Below are positions 41,602 to 55,950 of a DNA stretch of 64,000 nt, in pieces. Numbering within the stretch: position 1 is the stretch's first letter; every line of letters begins with the position of its first letter. A program made the translations under genes and the position numbers. The notes beneath the pieces are model-generated. The model did no database searches and had not been told where the DNA came from. It worked only from the letters and a program-made list of their open reading frames with translations. The stretch is from Bigelowiella natans CCMP2755 (Eukaryota; Protista; Cercozoa). Location of the stretch: NCBI GenBank assembly GCA_000320545.1, contig ADNK01002618.1:62001-126000 (forward strand), read 5' to 3'.

Positions 41602-42667
41602 ATGACTAAAGTGAACCCTAAAGTGACCCAAAGCGACGAAACAAACACGTTTCATCAAAATCTCCATCAACATCTATGCAATTTAGATGTAGCTGTAGAC
41701 CCTAGCACCTCTTCGCATATACAGGCAGTGATCAGCTACGAAAACACCTCTCAACGCCTTTTGGAATGCGAAATTGCAACAATAGATGCCTTATACTCAA
41801 CGATCCTTCGACGATTCCCAAAGCTCAAAGGCAAAGACTTTATGGTTAAATACAAGGTCAAAAATGAAGTAAAGTTGATATGGACGCTGACTAACTTTGA
41901 ATATTGGAATAATAAACGAGTAGGATGACGAAGAAGATTGGATAACTATCGTGACGAAATGTGACCTACAGCAAGCTCTCGAGCTCATGGAGAGCGATGA
42001 AAAGTCGGAAAAGCAATCTCCCTCGCCATCATCCCGCCCTTTGTCCAAGCTTCATCTAATAATCACCCTCGCAAAGATACCCTCCCCTCCAGAACTTTCT
42101 CTTACCGACTCTGACTCTGACTCCAGTTTCTCAATTCCTTCTATTCCGCGCTGTGCAGAAAAAGGAAATGAGAGCTCAGTAACTGAGGTCCTTTGCAATG
42201 CCGTTAACGAAATACCAAAACCCATCTACAAACAGTGCAAAATAGCGCGATTATTTCGTTACCTGGTGAAGGCACTTGTGTGCTCAAGCGAACGGACAGG
42301 GAAAATAGACACTGCTTCTGCATCAGTTTCTCGATCTTTGAAGGAATCGGGTCGCCTGAATTGTAATAAGAAGAATGGGGAGAAGACTCTGAGGGGTCCT
42401 AAACCTTCTCAGCGCCAGGATGCAAAACCTTCTCCTAAAACGGATGATACCAAGGCAACTGCATTTTCCCAGGAAAGAGAACTTAAAGCCAGTGTAAACC
42501 AGAAAAGAATACCCAGCGCGCAAGAAATCTCTCAATGTCAAGCTATGGAGTGGCTACGAAGTATGGGCTTTCGTGACGAAGCACTAATACGGCGGGCACT
42601 TATTGCGGAAAATGGCAATGCACAGCGCGCTGTGGACCGCCTTCTAGACACCAAAAAAACTGTTTGA
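41602..42667 (+). CDS. PB1-UBA protein (p62/NBR1-like architecture), 2 exons
   Basis: Spliced FMVKYK-DDEEDWITIVTKCDLQQALE is a PB1 OPCA motif. C-terminal LRSMGFRDEALIRRALIAENGNAQRAVDRLL is a UBA domain. Intron about 41857-41923. Confidence 0.85.
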
Positions 42668-43541
42668 TTCATCTTCATGTACATTTCGCATCCGAACTCA
42701 TCATGCAATGACATGTATGGATGCCTGTGCCTTTGCTTTCGCGCATGTACATGCATGAAAAAGACAAGCAACTAGAAAAACCGATGCTGCTGGACAACCT
42801 GCTGCACCATCTCTAGATCTAGCCATGTCTAGATGTGTCTAAATGCTGTGCTCAGAGCTGCATGTGTTAGTAGCATCATGCCTCAATCTGGGCACATTTG
42901 CATGACTAGATGACACCTCACAGACTGTTCCAACAAAGCTAGCTAGCTAGAAAGAACCACCGACATTCGTCTACCTCCGCATGCACTAGTCTAGCAGTGC
43001 AGCATCTAGAGCATGTCTGTTGCATGTTGCAGTCACAGCAACCTTCTATCTGGATGTGCCAGCATGGGGACGCCTAGACGTGCATTGGCACTTTGTCATT
43101 GCACACACACGAACGTTCATTGAGTTTGCGCAATTGCTGCAGTCCATCATTTCTTTTGCTGTTCCACCCTCGAGTGTGTCGGATCTGAGATCTACCTCCT
43201 TTGAAATTCCTTGATAACTCGTTCGAATCTCTTCATTGACGTTTGGCCTGGCTAGCTGGATGAATGAATCAGCAAAGTAGTTCCACAGGAGCGGTGTGAA
43301 TGGACCATCATTGACGAACAAATCATCCGCGAACCACCATGATATTTAGATTCCGTAGATGCAAGGCATTTGCATGTTGCGACTTGAATTTATGAGCATC
43401 CTAGGCAATTTTGCGCACATTAATGCAAACCTCTAATAATAGGTGCTCAATTTTAGCATAGAAATCCTTGCTTTAGGTTTGTTCCGACAAGGAAAATACT
43501 TTGTCGCAGCCTCTCATTTCTCAACCTCTGTAGCACAAACC

Positions 43542-46500
43542 ATGGCGGACGATAGGTGCGTTCATTTTGTTTTCGCCTCGACACATTCGTGTTCCTTGTC
43601 ATTGGTATTGCTTTGAAGAAGAGTAAATGTGATTTGAAATCAAATGCGCTTCATTGTGTTTACCAATCGAAATGCGCAGGCCCCGTCGGAAAAGCCTTTC
43701 AGAGAGTATTTCAGGATTCTTCTCGAGAACCCGTCGCAAATCTAATTCTGACTTGCGATCAAAAAATGAGACAGATTTACAACGAGGGGAAGAGGCCCAA
43801 ACACCGAGACCGTTAATGTGCTGAACATATTTTGTGCCCTTTTTTGCTACATTTACTAAGAACTGTCATTTATGTTCATCATAGTCGACAAGGGAGGGAA
43901 AGGGCCATGACAGTTGATAACGTTCCAGGTGCGTAGTAGACACGCTTCTGCATCAAGGAACTAATGCATGACACGTTTCTAATCAGATGGAGCTGGTGAA
44001 TCAAAGGAAGGGTTTGGGGCTAATTTCAATATGCCCAACAAGACTGTGCAAGTAAGACCGATACTCTCCCCACTAAAACGAAGAGAAGGGGTAATGTTGA
44101 TCGAGATCAAATTCATTCGTGCATAGCTTGTAAGCTTTAATTATAATAAAGCGAAGGGAGCTCGTAGAGACCGGAGAAAGCAGTGAAAAGCTTTCAAAAT
44201 CGAAGTTCCTTATGAGCAGTGTGGATAACGATCCCTTTTGCCAGTTTGTCAATTCTTTATTAGGAATAACACTCGAACAAATTCTTACATCGAATTGAAA
44301 TAATTGTAGTTCATTCACGGAAAGTATCAGTGTCTCGACCGGGTTAAAAATTGTTTTAAGCGGAATTGAGGTGTGCAACTTTTGTCGTTCCTAAAAACCA
44401 CATTGATAACTCTTTGATTTTCCTTAGAGTGACATCAAGGATACAAATACAAGGTAACAACTTTTTCAATTTATTGAACTTTCAATTTAACAGTTCGACG
44501 TAGGAATGACCAGGCACGAATAGAAGATTTCTTTTTGCGGGTTGAGAACAGTGGGGCTGCAAACCTTAAACAGGATGTGTTGAAGGTTGTACCATAAACA
44601 ACATGCCAACTGGCAATGTCAACGTTTTTATTCGTTACAATTCAAGATCATGGAGATTGGCAAAGGTGTTAGCAGCGTGGTACATCTAGGACTCTATGTT
44701 CCGACATTGAGGCTGGTCAACGAGCATTTTCGCCAAACACGATAGTATCTAATCGACATATTATGGTGACAGGTAGCAGTAAAGGAAATGCAGATCCCCC
44801 AGGAAGAAGACCAGAAACGCCTGATGGAAGAGATGCAGGTTCTTTTATCCCAGAAGCTTAAAAAATAGTGATCATGTTCAGGATAGTATATTCTAGGCCA
44901 TCCATCGGAATCTTGTTCCAATTGCTAAAGATAAACAATCACAATGGAATTTCAATCACTATAAGGCATAAATTTATTACTTCTGAATAAAACGACCAAA
45001 CATGAGGTACCTTTTGGTAGGCAATTGGAGAAGTGCATCCCTGTCCGTTCTTGGTATCTTATTCGTCAGCACTGAACAGATCTATATGATGCTCATTGCT
45101 GTTGTGGTATTCAATGGTGCATTGCAGAATATTAACAATCAGATATAAATATAGGTTGGTTATTATGGAGCGTGGCCATCAGATGATCTTATAAAGGTTG
45201 TTTGCCTTCGACTTCCGTGAATCAAATTCACTAATACTAACATGCCCGCGAAAGGTGAATCTTGTTCTCGAGTATATGGACTCTGGCACTTTGGAGCGGG
45301 TCATTAAATCTGGAGGTGTACAATCAGAGGTATAGTATCCAACGAGTTAAAAGTTATTATTCGTCATTTTGTTTTTCAATTTGTTTTTAGATTATTCTAC
45401 AACGAGTAGCTTACTGCGTCTTGAAGGGGCTCCAACACCTACGCAATCACAACACGGTGCCTTTACTTAATGATAATTTATCCTCTTCCTACAATTCAAC
45501 TTCAAATATTAGGTTCACCGAGACATTAAGCCTGACAATCTTTTGATCGATCACCGTGGTAATATAAAAATAGCTGACTTAGGAGTCGCGAAGAAGGTAC
45601 CCGAATCGATTAAAGCTTTTAAATTCACGACCTCTGTTAGTAATTCGTGTGAATTTCCGCCAGGTATCAAAAGACAACAACGTAAAGCTGACTGATAGGG
45701 CTGGTATGGGGCAGATAAATCTCCAATTTTGATCGGATCAAAATGTTCGTGCCACGTTAATGTCAAATTTGTCAGGAACCGTGTCCTACTATTCACCAGA
45801 ACGAATAGAAGGAGAGCCTTATGCCTTTGCTGCAGTAGGCCATTTTTAAATTGAAATTGAGCATCTTAACACTTGTAAACAAATTTAGGACGTTTGGGGA
45901 TTAGGTGCTACTATACTTGCATTGATAATTGGAAGGGCTCCATTTATTCCACTGAAAAATAATAACTTCTTTGGTAAGTTTCTGCAATCTATTTTTTATT
46001 TTGTTTATACTACGTATGTATTGCATGGTAGCTGTTAAAGATTTGATTACAAGTGCGGATGTGCAAGCAATAATAAAAGAGACAAAGGTCAGCATATTAT
46101 GTGCCGTCGAAATACGAAACTAGCCTAATGTAATATTCGACGAAAGGGTCAAGTAATTGATCTTGAAGGGAAGGAAAAACAATTATTCTCTGAAGACTTT
46201 GTTGATCTTTTGGAAAGGATGATGGCAAAGGTGAAACTTTCATTGGATATCACAATGCTATTTATTTATTTTCTGTTCTTATCATATATAGAATCCCAAA
46301 AAGCGATGGTCGGCAGAAAAGTTGCTTCACCATAGTTTTTTTTTAACAAACAAAGAGAGCAAGGGGTTAGTGCCATTTTTTCTAGTCATTTAACTTTACT
46401 AATGCCTACCCTCATATTATCAGACTTGTTGCTCCAATAAAAATGAGACGAATTAATTCTTTAGAGCCAATAACTGAGTATTTAATTTTAGACATTTGTT

Positions 46501-47676
46501 GTGTACAGCACTAATTCCGTGACATACAGAGAGCCCAAGAAGAGCTTAGACTTAAAAGATTTATTTAGAAGGGAATGGCTCAGAACGGTGTACATATCTT
46601 TTCCCACTTATTTACAATCGTTTCCATCATCTTTGTAAAATACGTTGAACTGATATAGATGCGTACCAGTGCTCCGGATGGACGTAAACTCTTCGACGTA
46701 CTCATTCTGCGAAACATAAGCACATGGAAGACCAGTCGGGACTAATGCGTAGTAATTGAATTTTTAGGCCATCAAAAGGGCGATCGTCGCTAACAAACCC
46801 GTTTCGGTATTTCTAATTTATTTAAATGAATCACTTCGTCATTGATTTGGTAATTAAGTTGTGTTTTGCACCTCCAAACGATCGTAGCAATGGTTCATTT
46901 CGACACTGAAGAAAATGAGACCACGGTATGTACGAAGACGATTCGAAGCTTGTGAGTCTCAGTAGTTAAATGATCACCCAATAATAGATCAGCACAAAAT
47001 CTTCTTGTGGACGAGCAATTGCATAAGTCCGAGGAAAGAATAGAGCGATCTCAGACATCACCCGCCAGAATCCAAGAAGGTGTGTCAAACTATGTTACAT
47101 TTTGTATTTCCATATTTCCTCAAAAGATATTTTACAGAATCCCCAAGTAAAAGTACGTCCAGTATATGGAAAGAAGTATATTTACACCACAAGAATGAAT
47201 GAGGGACGACGTATGTACATCATACTCTTTTTTTTTTGCAGCCGTCGAACAATTACACCATGCCTGAAAAGGGTGCCTGGGGAAGCACAACTAACCTAGA
47301 CCGTTACATGATAAAGAGTAAGCAAGAAACTACAAAGGTTTTACAAAAGAAATTGGGAAAAGTAGTGCCTAATATCTTGAGGTCGTAGGCGATTGGAGAC
47401 GGAGACACGGTTGTCACCTCGCTTTGGGAGGCTATTTCCAATCTTGCGGGAGCAGTAGTATGTGTATATTAAGTCCACACAAAATCATTACAACTTCCAA
47501 ATTTAAACCGATAGCTGATTTGAAGTCTTATCCTCTTTGATATTTTAGAATTTACACAGAAAGGTTGTGCTGGCAGAATTTCAAGACCTAGATCGAAAAA
47601 TATCAAGAATGCCTGGAAAGCGTTGAAGATGAATTGCTTATTCTGGACTTCTCTTAGATCCAGCCCAAGAAATTGA
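43542..47676 (+). CDS. MAP kinase kinase (STE7/MAP2K-like), many micro-exons; ends approximate
   Basis: [48 protein letters not shown] and [31 protein letters not shown] is characteristic of STE7. Confidence 0.85.
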
Positions 47677-48470
47677 ATGATACATATGTATACCGCTGTG
47701 TGTGACGCAAGGAGAAATAACATATATGTGAACAAGGTAAAATAAGTGTTTGAAGATGGTGCTATGTGCTTGATCGGTAATGAAACGATTCATGCTTTCA
47801 AAAGCTTGCAACATCAAATATGATGCGCTGCAGTACGTGCAATGATCATCTAGATTTTCATGTAAAACATGTACAAATGGTTGATGTGATAGACCTAGCT
47901 TTCAATGTCCTTGCGGCAAGGATCCCACCAAAGTGAGCCCAATTTAGCAGCGTGCATGCTAGCATGAGACAATCGGGATGATGGCAATAGAGCACCTGCA
48001 TGGAAGAATGGCTAGATGGCGCTGCTCCAATCTAGCAATGTGTAATGATTGAATTGTTTTTTTTCGCACATCGACAATCAAGAAGTATATCAAGCGCTAG
48101 CGCGCATGCTACCACAAACTCGAATTCTCTCACCTCATGCTAGTATGCATGCGGTGTAGTACTAGAGCTCCAATGTTCCAATTTTGCATGCATCTGCCAA
48201 AATAATCGCATTTTGCAATGATCCGAATTTGGTCCAAAACCCCGAATGCGATAAAACAACACATGCATTTGTTGCCGTCTAGTTCACGTGTGCTAAATTT
48301 GTAATCGCACGCGCACACACACGAGGGTGATCTCAAACATGTGATCGTTGTAAATCGGATCATCGCCCATGTCACATCTTTCGCACTAGATCACTCATTT
48401 TGTGAAGCTCAGGACCAGCCACATGGCATCGCATCTATGCTCTGTATCGTACTATCACTTCTTGGCAACA

Positions 48471-49167
48471 CTAAATCAGAAAGACTGACTGCAAAATAAT
48501 CCTTAGACTTGCGACGAATCCGCCCATTCGAAAAGCAGTAATCACCTTTTTGGGAAACGAATACCGAATATGAATTGCCAAGCTGTCCAAGGGGATTTGG
48601 TAATGCTGCATTCTATATGAAAGAGAATACAATACATCCCCCTTGCTGAACGACATACCCCGCATAGTTGAGCAAGCACCACTCCGCAGACAAGTTGATC
48701 CTGACCAGTCATGTACCTAGAAGCAACGCCCATGAAATTTGTCATAACGATGATTAGGTCTCGGCCACATGAGGGAATAAACTTATTATGTGAGCATGAA
48801 CGAACACAATTCCCTTCGACTCCTTCCTCCCTACTCTTGCCTGAAAGGACATGTAGGATGCGTACAGGTTTCGGATTGGAGTGGAGATGTCAAGGTGCTT
48901 CTGCACCGACCAGTCGCTGTATCTGAGAGAAATAATCACAGATGGTTTCATCAATGACCTCATCGGCTCAAGAGCACAGCGCAGTATTCCACGTCGAAGA
49001 AAAGCCTTAACCGAGCTTTCAGCAGATTGGCAGTATAGACACATCACACTTTCTCCTCTCTTCCTTACCGTTGCGGTGTTTGATCCAATCCGACCGCTCC
49101 TCCCCGTGGAGTGCGGAGATAGTGCTCTATGGAAAGCGGTGTCGAGATGTCGACCTGGAAGAGAGAA

Positions 49168-49216
<49 letters not shown>

Positions 49217-50301
49217 AGGGCAGGGGAGTTGGGGTGCGGGTGCAATCATCATCATCATCAGTATCAATGCTTAGATATCACAAACCAGCAACATTAAAAA
49301 ATCCTTGAGCTGCAAGATCGCAAATACTTTTTCCATTGGCAGCAATATATTCAACGACAACGGGAGGAAATTGAATTGTTATTTTTATGTGCTTAGATTT
49401 TGTGTTATGCTGTGTAGTTTTAAATTCACTCCTCTCCCTCCCTCCTTTCCTTTCCCCCTAGTCACCATCTCCACAAGGCCCTTGGTCTGAGCGTATATCA
49501 CACACATGACTGTTAATACAAAAGGACAGGGAGAGAGAGACGAGAGGGGGAGAGAGAGTAGCTTTATCACCTGCGGATAGAACTTATACAAGACTGATAA
49601 GCATCTGTATGTAGCGGGATGATGACGAATAATAAGTGAAAGGAGTCGAGGGGCGGGGGGGGGAGATGGAGATGGGTGGAAAGAGTGGAATGAATACATT
49701 TCTTCAGAAACAGAATGTACGAAATACACTTCTAATTTTTGCTCCTGGCTTCATTGAAATATCTTTTGCGCCTCGTTCCATTGTCTTTGGTATTGTTGTT
49801 GTTGCTGCTGCTGCTGCTGCTTGTTTTGTTTGTTTATGTGGACGGCCGAAGACATGCAGGATGCAGGAGGCGTACTTTTCTTGCCATTTTTTCTTCAGCG
49901 ATTGGTACTCCTTGTTTGACTGCCGTTCCTGATATGCGCCGTGCAACCAAATAAAAAACACGCTTGCTTCACAACGCGCTGTGTTGCGTTGAGCTGTCTG
50001 TAAGGATATTACAACATCACACATTACACGCACACGTACCCCTTCTGAAAGATGGGCAAACTTCTCAAACCTAAAAAGCAGTCAGGCTGCGTGTCAGAAG
50101 GTGAAAATCCAACTTGTCCCTCCCCCCCTCCTCCCGTTTCTCCAAAAAAATGAGAGGTAACGTAAACCGCGACAATAGCGACAAAATGTGTTCGGTAAAT
50201 CGCTTTGACAGTGTTGTCGTGTACCATTTCCATTCTGCAATCATGAGAATCTACCACAAAACAGGAGAAGTAAACACAAAGTAAGTCCCTTTTTGATAAA
50301 G

Positions 50302-50357
<56 letters not shown>

Positions 50358-50480
50358 CAATATTTGTTTAGGACCAAGATGTACCTGACAACTCGTCCTC
50401 GGATTAGAGCTTCCTCCCTGAAGGAACAGCCATATACGTCGGTGGGAGGAGGGAGAAGAGGGTAAAAATAAAGGGAAGGG

Positions 50481-50513
<33 letters not shown>

Positions 50514-51446
50514 AGGGGGGGGGGGAAGGGGTATCCCTTTGTCTCGTCTACTCGAGATACTAAACAGCGGTGTACGATAATGCATGCACCACCATCACCT
50601 CCTTTATAGACGGAAACGTGATCATAGCTGGGGCATCGCTTTCGAGAGGGTTCTCGTAGAACTGAGCAGCCAGCAACAACAACAACAACATCATCACCCA
50701 CAACAACTACCACATGATGGTGAATACCACCACTTCTACTACATATACTGCGGAGCGTCTCACAGCGCACTGCTACGGATGATTCGATGATGCGACAGCA
50801 CACCTTCTTGAGGGGCTCTATAATGTCCTTTGTCTCGGGGTGTGCGGGGTGATACCACACATTAATGTTTCGCAGCTTTAACTGCAAGAAAGGGATGGAA
50901 CGAGGACAAGGGAGGGGTGTCGATTTCAGACGTAATTGGACAAATTTGAGGTTGGGTGATGATTACAGAAGCTTCCTCTACCATTGAACAGCATACCTCC
51001 TCCGCAGACGCCTTTATGCCGATATTTCCCATCACAAATCCGGAGCTTGTCTTTACCTGCGACCAGCAAAACGAAACGATGGTGTGTCTTTGCGTGTTGG
51101 GATGTAGCGAAGCTGGGTGACAGAAGGGGGCAGAGTGAGAGTATCAAAAGAGTCCTGTCATTGACGAGAAAAAGAGAGAGGGGGTATGGGGGGAGAGTGG
51201 GGGGAGAGAATTACGCCTCCTGGTAAAGCAGTAGGGATTGCTGCTCTCTTCCGGTCATCATCTGAGAGAAGCCGTTCCACAGTGTTTGGCCACCTGTAGC
51301 ATGTGCAATAAGTGTACTCTTTAACACTTGCGAACAGCATATGCATGGGATGAAAAACAGGGCTCTTATTTTTGTCTTACATCCGGACTTCTCTCGGCAG
51401 TGAGGACACGATGGCATGCTCTCTAGGCTACAGGGCAGATTGGTCG

Positions 51447-51477
<31 letters not shown>

Positions 51478-52879
51478 CAACAACAACAACAGCAACAAGA
51501 AGAAGAAGAACAATAACATCACTCGTGAAATCACCATCCCCCCGCTTCGTGGCCATCATAATCTAGCATCATCATATATCATCCTACCCTGTTCCTGAGA
51601 CAACATCCTTGGCGTTGATACGCTCTCCATTGGACAATTCGACCTGGCATATCAGCACAAGAGGCAGCAGCAAACACCAAAGCGGAGGAGATTCATAGAT
51701 GATTCTCTGACGATATAATATGTGAAATGTACACGTATAAAATACACATATAGCGTATCATACACCAAGCTTTGCGGAACGACAACATCGGTCCTCCATC
51801 CTCCTCCTCCTCCTTCTTCTTCTTCAATAAATAGTGAAGAATTGGATAAGTGTCGAGGCGGGGAAATGCTTACTCCGATCGCTCTCTGCTTGTCCACGAT
51901 GATACGTTTCACGTTTGCGCGAGTCAGCACTTTGCCCCCGGCAGCATTAATGACATCTATGTAGGCCTCGGCGAGAGACTCAGGGCCTCCTGTTGGGTAG
52001 CATGCTCCTGCAGGGAAGGGTGAGGGGGGAGAGAGAATTAGCCATTAGCAAAGTAATATGGTGAAGGAGGAGGAGGAGGACTGAAGATGGAGAAGGGGAA
52101 ACATACCTTCAATAGGCATTCCTCGAAATACAGCCGCAGTAAGCATGAACGTCGCCATGTCAGGGCGCGCACCTGCACAACGACAGCATGTTACTATTAT
52201 ATTCACGACTATGAGTTATTTGTTTATGTTGTGGGGGGGGGGGTATGGGTATATGTTTGTGTGCGTATTTATATAATATATATATATATATATATATATC
52301 AATATATAATACCTGTGTCAATCCACAACCCGCAGAGAATTGATATAAGTCTGGTGTTCTTCGTGATCTTTGAAAGGACCTCCAGCCCTGAAGAATAATA
52401 ATGATGATGACGATGATAATGATGGTGATGACAGAGACGACGATGACAAATTGAAAAATATGATTGTGACAATCGTCATGTGGTGCACAGTTGCTGCTTT
52501 CCCCTATTTCCTCGCTATCTCTCCTATGTAATATATATGTGTGTGTGCGTGTGCACGCGCGCGCGCAATATTCCATAACAACGCAGTGTTTTGCATTATT
52601 CCTACCACACACTTCTAAAATAAAGATGCCACCTGTTTGACGAGTACACTCCATGTATTTGCTAGGTACTAATCGCCAGAAGTAAGGCTACAATTCCGGG
52701 ATCGTCGCCATCAACATTGCAATCATACCCATTATAAACATTGATATCACTTTCTTGGTAGTGTCGTTGGATGTTAGTAAATATGTAGAGGGGAGCGGGA
52801 GAGGGAGCGCAGCAATGTTGTGATCGAAGAGAGTCGTACGAAAGTAGACGTGTAAGAAATCAACGGGCAGCACACACAA

Positions 52880-52925
<46 letters not shown>

Positions 52926-53384
52926 GGTCGATTGTTTTGAGCTCTAGCATTAAGCGGTCCTTTAATAGACTTCTACTACAGATACAAAGTACGATTTGGG
53001 AAGCTGCAGCACTCACTCCCTTGCTTCTATTGTCGTTTCTTTGTGCGGGATTCTCTCATTTCTTCCTCGACTCACAACCTGTAGCCATAGAGGAAGAAGC
53101 TTTGAGAACGCCAGTAGCTTTACTGCTGCCATTGCATTCTCTGAAATTGCCATGTACGCGTCGATTGCTTCCTGAATATCCGTGGATAGCAGAAGGGAGT
53201 GCATTCATTTATGTGAGGAAGGAAAGGCTCTCCTCGCCATTGATGATATACTGTTATTGCTGTGTGTGTATTGCAGTCAGGGCTATCAATAGCTGTACGA
53301 TCACGGCATTTGCATGGACAACTGACCTTTTCGTCGGGGAACATCTTATAAAGGGTTGCAAGATGCCTGTCAATCAACAAGACA

Positions 53385-53433
<49 letters not shown>

Positions 53434-53583
53434 TGTATCAATACGGAAGAGTGAGGGAGAGAGAGAGAGCGAGAGAGAGAGGAATATGATGATATATTGA
53501 AGAGAGAGACGGGGAAGTTCTTCTCGCATCTTACTTTTCCTTATGCTTCACAAGGAATGGATCTTTGTTACTGCCTGGTATGG

Positions 53584-53619
<36 letters not shown>

Positions 53620-54121
53620 GGATATGTCAAAATAGTTGCGTCACGAAGAGCTATTAATTAGAAGCAAGATTTAAATTCAAGAGTAAACGCTACATCATGC
53701 AGCGCATTTTCTCATCAAATCAGCATTTTTCCCTCAACCAAAAACAGCATCAACTAACACCAGCTAGCTACTTTGACTTCTCGATTACCCAAGTATATTT
53801 CGTCAAACGTATGGTCCTCTCTCCCCATCATTGTAAACTGAGGCACCTGATAAGGCCGATCGTGCGTGTATAATGCCTTCTTTTTATCGCCGCGCGGCTT
53901 GTGTGTGTTTGTTCGTTTTCTACCATTTTATTACCTCTTGGGTGGATCTGAGACATGTAAGCTGGAATAGAGGCCCAGACCTGTGCAGGGGAACATTTGT
54001 TAATATTTCACTCCGGTAAGCACCCGTATACAGACGAATTCACATGCACATTCTCCCTCCTCTGCATCCATATGCCACACTTCAACGTGCACCAATATAC
54101 TCGTCAAGAGAGAGGGAAGGA

Positions 54122-54177
<56 letters not shown>

Positions 54178-54968
54178 TAGAAAACGAATCCGAAAAGTGA
54201 ACAAGGGAATGTCTGTTCTGCCAATCCTCCTTACATTGCTTCTTTGTTTCTATAGCTGTTTACCATGGGACAGAATAATGCAGCCCACTGTCGAAACGAT
54301 AACCCTTACAGGTACGCATATGTATAGTAAATAACTGTTGTCACGATGTCTATTCTATGGATAAATCATCCTGAAAAGACAGACCACCACTTCTTCTTAT
54401 TCTTCTTCTTATTATTATTCTTCTTCTTATTCTTCTTCCTCCTCCTCCTCCTCCTACCTTTAGATCGAAAGAGTGCGTTGAGCCTCCAGCGACTGTATGT
54501 TGCTCCAGAACAACCACCTTACGACCCATTCGAGAGAGAGTGGCGGCGCACGAGAGACCTCCCATTCCACTCCCCACCACGACCACATCCACTTCTTTCG
54601 GGATCTTCTCGCGCCTATACCTCTCACTAAGAACCTTATTGCGACGCTTTTGTCGTTGACGGTCGTTGGAATTCTGGGTAATACTGGGAGGTAAAGGCGC
54701 GGGGAAGGAGGCAATCCACATCGCCAATACCGCGGAGAGGGTCAAGAAAACCGCACGATAAATGACCGACGGTAAGAGCAAAACCACAACCTAGAATGAA
54801 GGAAGGGGGAAGAAAATAAAAATAAGCAAGGGGGGGAGGTCGGAGGAATCCAATGGAATAGTGTATCCAGCCGGGTGATGGGATGACGGCCGTTGTGGAA
54901 TAATAGAGTATCTGTTATGTAACTTTTACCACAACCGACGAGGCTGCTATCGAAGACGCCACGTTCAT
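48471..54968 (-). CDS. RETSAT: All-trans-retinol 13,14-reductase / CrtI-like FAD oxidoreductase, many exons
   Basis: [95 protein letters not shown]. N-terminal hydrophobic anchor. Confidence 0.88.
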
Positions 54969-55529
54969 TGAGAGTAAATATTCGTTTAAAGGCAGGAAGC
55001 GCTTGCAGGTGTAGGTAGCTTAAATTGTCGCTATGCGAGATGGAAAAGGGGGAGGGGCAGATCCAGTGTTCCGCAAGGCCGTGGAGATTATTGAAATTGT
55101 GCAAGATATTTTTAGGCTATATTCTCACGGTGCGACTATGTCCCTAGGTTGTCGCTGTGGTAATAATTCGATGTATTTGGAAGAAATTATGTCGCAAGAC
55201 TGAATTAGATCTAGTGCGAACACTGGGAACCGATCCTCCTCGACTAAGGTCGAACTTGGCAATGAAATCTCATTTTCAACTCCTCGTTCTTTCCATGATC
55301 CTTTCAACTGCTCCAGTGTGAACACTTTTTCCTTGCTTGTTTTCTTCACACGGTGGTCTTGCCGATTGAGCACCTAACGCAGCAACGCCTAGGAAACACT
55401 TCATTCATCTGACATGTTGATTCATGGCAAACTCTCTCGACAAAGCTTGCGCTGTCGTTCGATCACAATTGGTCGTTTGCGAGTCCATCATCGTCATCAC
55501 CTTTTGGACGTTCTCCTCAATGAATTGCC

Positions 55530-55567
55530 TGCAGGAGGGATTCTTCGATGCAGGAGGGATTCTTCGA
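55530..55567. repeat. Perfect 19-bp tandem duplication
   Basis: TGCAGGAGGGATTCTTCGA x2. Confidence 0.9.
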
Positions 55568-55899
55568 GGAGCAACTGAAGGTCTCCCCATGCTGGCATGC
55601 TCGATGTGTGCCAGCTAGCTAGCTAGCTGGCGATGGTTGACTTGCCACAGGCCAACAGAGAATGAAATTTTCAATTCATGGCGTTTTGCATCACAGCTAG
55701 CAGCAGTTGTTGGTTGCCATCTGCCTGGCACTTGCTTCCAACGTTGAGCTGTCAGACCAATCAAAGAAAAAATGTTTTCAGTGTGGTGCTGTCATCGCGA
55801 CACGATGGTGACAATTTCGTCAATGCCAGAATGGATCAACTTGCAGGGACCTGTCTAGCTGTGGATCCGCATGAACTTGTCAGTCGTCCCTTCAGCTCA

Positions 55900-55950
55900 G
55901 AAGAAGAAGAAGAAGAAGAAGAAGAAGAAGAAGAAGAAGAAGAAGAAGAA
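55900..55950. repeat. (GAA)n microsatellite
   Basis: About 17 perfect GAA units. Confidence 0.95.
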
